From the NCBI GenBank assembly GCA_947175875.1, contig CAMWON010000005.1, positions 4,893-68,892 of the forward strand: a DNA stretch of 64,000 bases. The letters run 5' to 3'. The stretch is from an uncultured Alphaproteobacteria bacterium (GTDB lineage: Bacteria > Pseudomonadota > Alphaproteobacteria > Rs-D84). Under the pieces are notes generated by a model, which saw only the letters and a program-made list of their open reading frames with translations, was not told the origin of the DNA and did no database searches. The translations under genes were made by a program, and so were the position numbers. This document shows positions 60,315-64,000 of the stretch, piece by piece (the first letter of the stretch is position 1; every line of letters starts with the position of its first letter).

Positions 60315-60926
60315 TTATCTGGATTCGCCTGTGCCGCTGTGCTGGCGCATCAATTTTATAATCCCGGGGAACGGATATTCGCGAAAGAAGAATTTGTTTT
60401 GTTCTGGTGTTGCATAACGGCGCTGTTTCCTGATGAAGCCGGCCGGCAATGTGTTTTCAAATCGTTTGACTGCGGCCCAGCCGCCTGCAAGAGGCAACTG
60501 ATACGGGTATACCGAACGATCAATGTTTTCAATAACAAGGGCTTTGAATGTCAAATTATTGTCCGCGGTGTATGTGATGCGATGCTGGCCGTCAATCACC
60601 AGTGGCTGACCGTCAATTACTTCTATGATTGCCGGGGTAAATACAAATATGGAATCCGGTGCATCTGTTCGATATGACAAAAAACCATCCATGTTGAAAA
60701 CATTAATGTTTTTATCCAACATTTGGGTATGTATTTTATGGATGGTTCTCAGCTGGTCATTCAAAACAAATGTTTGTGTCGGTACCACATCGTGCCAAGA
60801 CATGGTCTGTATACTTATTTTTGAATTGTGAAAAGGAAATAATTTTTTATCACCCGCCAAATGTGTGGTGCGAATAATGTCAAACAGTTCTTGTTGTGAA
60901 TGAATGTGATAGTCTGTAATAATCAT
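60315..60926 (-). CDS. ParB/Srx-like protein with a DGQHR motif
   Basis: AAGGA RBS; VVPTQ..., 'PAIIEVIDGQPLVIDGQHR'. Confidence 0.6.
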   Translation of the reverse strand: MIITDYHIHSQQELFDIIRTTHLAGDKKLFPFHNSKISIQTMSWHDVVPTQTFVLNDQLRTIHKIHTQMLDKNINVFNMDGFLSYRTDAPDSIFVFTPAIIEVIDGQPLVIDGQHRITYTADNNLTFKALVIENIDRSVYPYQLPLAGGWAAVKRFENTLPAGFIRKQRRYATPEQNKFFFREYPFPGIIKLMRQHSGTGESR

Positions 60927-60991
60927 TTTGATTTTTGATTCCTTATTAATTAAAATATTGGAACAATAGATTACAACAAGTGGGGCTGTCA

Positions 60992-61519
60992 ATGAAAATA
61001 TATTTTGATATGGATGGTGTACTGGCTGATTTTGATGCAGCGGCGGCGGAATACAATATGGGGGATTTAAACCGCCAGACAAAATCAATGACGGCGGATG
61101 ACAAAAAAGCCAAGCAGATGCGCTGGCGGTGGATAGAGGAAAATAAAGATTTCTGGATTAATATGCCCGTTGTTGCTGATGTCCAAGAATTACTGGCGGT
61201 TGCACGGCGGATGGGGGATTTGTTTGTTTTAACCAAGGTGCCGGGGGCAAAAAATTTTATTGGTGGCGATGCGTATGTGGATTTCATAGAGGCGCAAAAG
61301 AGGGCATGGATTGCGCGGCATTTTTCAGATTTTTTTGATGATGAACATGTTATTGTGGCGCGTATTGCAAAAGAGGATTTGTTGCGGCCAACAAGAGATG
61401 ATTTATTAATTGACGACCGGGCCGGCAATATTGCGGATTGGATTGCTGCCGGCGGGCGCGGAATTGTTTTTTCAACCCCCGAACAGGTTATAAAAGATTT
61501 GACTTCTGGGGAATTGTAA
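60992..61519 (+). CDS. HAD-family 5'(3')-deoxyribonucleotidase (NT5C-like)
   Basis: IYFDMDGVLADF, KRAWI, LLIDDR..NI..W.AAGG.GI. Confidence 0.85.
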   Translation: MKIYFDMDGVLADFDAAAAEYNMGDLNRQTKSMTADDKKAKQMRWRWIEENKDFWINMPVVADVQELLAVARRMGDLFVLTKVPGAKNFIGGDAYVDFIEAQKRAWIARHFSDFFDDEHVIVARIAKEDLLRPTRDDLLIDDRAGNIADWIAAGGRGIVFSTPEQVIKDLTSGEL

Positions 61520-61605
61520 TATAAAATCACGCGTGCACATGCTTCAGTAGATGTGCGCATGCCGAAATGGTGAAAATGATAAACTAAGCCAAATGGAGCA
61601 ACATC

Positions 61606-62634
61606 ATGATTGAAAAAAACTGGATGACTCTGATTAAGCCGAGAAAGCTGAATATCAAAGTAGATGAGCATAATCCAAATCTGGCAACATTGATTGCCGA
61701 ACCCCTGGAAAAAGGATATGGTTTAACACTGGGTACCGCACTGCGTCGCGTATTGTTGTCGTCGTTGCAGGGTTGCGCGCCTATTTATATCAAGATTGAC
61801 GGGGTACAGCACGAATTTTCGTCCCTGCAGGGTATTCGCGAAGACGTTACGGATATTATCCTGAACCTGAAGGGCGTATATTTTAAAGCCTTGACCGAAG
61901 GTCAGCACAAGGCGACCCTGAAAGTAAAGGGCCCGGCCGTTGTGACCGCCGGTATGATTGAAACATCCGGCAGTGTCGAGGTTATGAACAAAGACGTCGA
62001 AATCTGCACACTGGACAAGGGTGCTAACCTGGATATGGAAATCACTCTGGCCACGGGTCGCGGCTATGTTCCGGCCTCGGCGCATGCGGACGGTCTGCCG
62101 CTGGGTGTGATTCCGGTCGATTCCATTTTCTCGCCGATTTTGAATGTTGCAACCGAAGTGTCCGCAACGCGTGTCGGCCAATCGACAGATTACGATAAAC
62201 TGGAACTGACGGTCAAAACAAACGGCAGTGTTTCGCCCGAAGATGCGATTGCGTTTGCTGCGCGCATTTTGACAGACCAGTTGGTTGTCTTTATCAACTT
62301 CGAAGATCCGGCGCAGATTAACGCACCGACCGAAGAAGAAAAGGCCAAGGATGCTTTGCCGTTCGACCCGAAATTGTTGAAGCATGTCGATGAACTGGAA
62401 TTGTCCGTCCGTGCAAACAACTGTCTGAAGAACGACAAAATCAACTGGCTGGGTGAACTGGTTCAGAAGACCGAAGCCGACATGTTGAAGACGCCGAACT
62501 TTGGTCGCAAGTCTTTGAACGAAATCAAGGTTCAGCTGGAAGCGATGGGCCTGGGCCTGGGTATGGAAGTACCGGGTTGGCCGCCTGAAAATATCGCCGA
62601 ATTGGCAAAAAAATACGAAGACCCGTACAAATAA
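61606..62634 (+). CDS. rpoA: RNA polymerase alpha subunit
   Basis: [45 protein letters not shown]. Confidence 0.98.
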   Translation: MIEKNWMTLIKPRKLNIKVDEHNPNLATLIAEPLEKGYGLTLGTALRRVLLSSLQGCAPIYIKIDGVQHEFSSLQGIREDVTDIILNLKGVYFKALTEGQHKATLKVKGPAVVTAGMIETSGSVEVMNKDVEICTLDKGANLDMEITLATGRGYVPASAHADGLPLGVIPVDSIFSPILNVATEVSATRVGQSTDYDKLELTVKTNGSVSPEDAIAFAARILTDQLVVFINFEDPAQINAPTEEEKAKDALPFDPKLLKHVDELELSVRANNCLKNDKINWLGELVQKTEADMLKTPNFGRKSLNEIKVQLEAMGLGLGMEVPGWPPENIAELAKKYEDPYK

Positions 62635-62734
62635 ATTAAATTCTGTGGATTCTTGTCGCGATTGTCGGTTCTTATGTAGCTCAACTACACTGCGAACCGT
62701 CAATCGCTTCCAATAATCTCACATAATTTAATTT
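62633..62734. repeat. 102-nt imperfect palindrome (RPE-like)
   Basis: AAATTAAATT..GCGATTG.CGGTTC..GTAG-ctcaa-CTAC..GAACCG.CAATCGC..AATTTAATTT. Confidence 0.7.
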
Positions 62735-62883
62735 CTTAAAAATAGGCATGGGAGAAATCCCTTGCTTTTTTTATAAAATCAATTAAAATTAACCGGCTGT
62801 GTACTGCTGAATATTTTGTTTAGGGTATGCAATACAACAAATCCCCGGGGTGCCGGGGCAGAAGCATGATAAAGGAGTAGTCG

Positions 62884-63384
62884 ATGAGACACGCAAAAGC
62901 TGGTCGCACTTTTAACCGCGACACTAATGCACGCAAGGCACTGTTTATTGGCCTGGCGAAGAACTTAATTGAAAAAGAACAGATTAAAACGACTTTGCCA
63001 AAGGCGAAAGACCTGCGTCGCGTGGTTGAAAAATTGATTACCCGCGCGAAAGTTGACTCGGTTGCAAATCGTCGTCTGATCGCGTCCGAACTGGGTAACG
63101 GTTCGGAAAAGACCGTTAAGAAACTGTTTGAAGTTTTGGGACCGCGCTATGCGCAGCGTCCGGGCGGTTATACACGTGTATTAAAGGCCGGTTTCCGTTA
63201 TGGTGATGCCGCGCCGATGGCGATTATCGAACTGGTTGACCGCGACGAAAATGCGAAAAAAACTGTTGTAGCGCCTGCGGCTGATGCGGCTGGCGAGGTT
63301 GCGGCGGAAGCGCCGGCAGAAGTGGCTGAAAAAGCGCCGAAGGCTAAAAAGCCTGCGGCAAAAAAAGCTGCGAAAGCCGAATAA
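62884..63384 (+). CDS. rplQ: 50S ribosomal protein L17 (Ala/Lys-rich tail)
   Basis: [23 protein letters not shown]. Confidence 0.97.
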   Translation: MRHAKAGRTFNRDTNARKALFIGLAKNLIEKEQIKTTLPKAKDLRRVVEKLITRAKVDSVANRRLIASELGNGSEKTVKKLFEVLGPRYAQRPGGYTRVLKAGFRYGDAAPMAIIELVDRDENAKKTVVAPAADAAGEVAAEAPAEVAEKAPKAKKPAAKKAAKAE

Positions 63385-63414
63385 ATGTTTTTCTCGCATA
63401 ATAGGGCCTATTAC

Positions 63415-63442
63415 AAAATCCCGCCATTTGGCGGGATTTTTT
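63415..63442 (+). terminator. Intrinsic terminator
   Basis: AAAATCCCGCCA-tt-TGGCGGGATTTTTT. Confidence 0.85.
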
Positions 63443-63462
63443 ATTTGTGTTGCGAATGCTGA

Positions 63463-63735
63463 TTAGAATTGTGTGTCGCTGCATTCTTCGGTTTCTTCCG
63501 CCCATTTTTTACAAGATGGTTTGCCAAACATGGGTGAAGATGTTTTTAAGCAGATTGTGGATTTCACGCATTTATGACAGGATAAAGAGTTCCAGTCATA
63601 TTCTGTATCAATTGTTTGTTTATAGTTCCATTGGTCAAGATTGTGATGACCGTTCATTTCGAGGTTTAGTGTTTCTTGAGAATTGCCTGTGGTGTTTTCG
63701 CAAAACTTCAGCATATTGTTGTTGACATTAAGCAT
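63463..63735 (-). pseudogene. Possible gene fragment, Cys-containing
   Basis: 90-codon AT-rich ORF with an in-frame TGA 12 codons upstream of the ATG and no clear RBS. Confidence 0.3.
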
Positions 63736-63943
63736 TCTGTCCTGAGCTATTGCGTCGGAAATCCAGTATCAGAGGTTCTGGGCTTATACTTAAATAAGTT
63801 TATAGTCAAAATTAAAAAACGTCAGACAAAAAAATATCATAAGCCCTGCCATAAACGCATAAAATTAGCCGACAAGCGCAAAAAACTATTTTTATAAAAT
63901 TGAATAATATGATATCATTAAACGAATGTTGAAGGGATATTCA

Positions 63944-64000
63944 ATGAAAAGATTAGGAATTAGTGCACTGATATTGGTTGGAATGCTGAGCGGCACCAAT
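63944..64000 (+). CDS. N-terminus of a secreted protein (truncated by the window edge)
   Basis: GAAGGGA RBS; MKRLGISALILVGMLSGTN. Confidence 0.55.
   Translation, partial: MKRLGISALILVGMLSGTN

Overview
64 kb of chromosome from a small-genome Alphaproteobacterium. Gene order and content resemble the uncultured gut lineage Rs-D84/'Enterousia', but this is an inference. The housekeeping backbone includes pgsA, uvrC, an rluC-like gene, asmA, dnaN, ppa, efp, fba, tolB, pal, ftsEX, plsC, rbfA, lepA, acpP, fabF, mltG, tRNA-Pro(CGG) and the str-S10-spc-alpha ribosomal protein cluster through rpoA and rplQ. The most striking unexplained structure is a family of about 200-nt non-coding leaders: five complete copies plus a 3' end at the window start. 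They have the architecture of phage P1/P7 C4 and P4 CI antisense RNAs: promoter, two hairpins carrying two target sites, a 65-84 nt multi-stem RNA displaying the two exact complements, and an overlapping terminator. Each copy has its own co-varying 7-10 nt sequence code. They precede dispersed non-phage genes: four members of a secreted Cys-rich family (variable N-terminus, constant C-terminus), a PAP2 phosphatase and an HTH protein. Also present: a catalytically degenerate P4-type integrase, a tRNA-3'-end-flanked cassette, five tandem secreted phage-fibre-like proteins, a CdaA-type diadenylate cyclase and two RPE-like palindromes.
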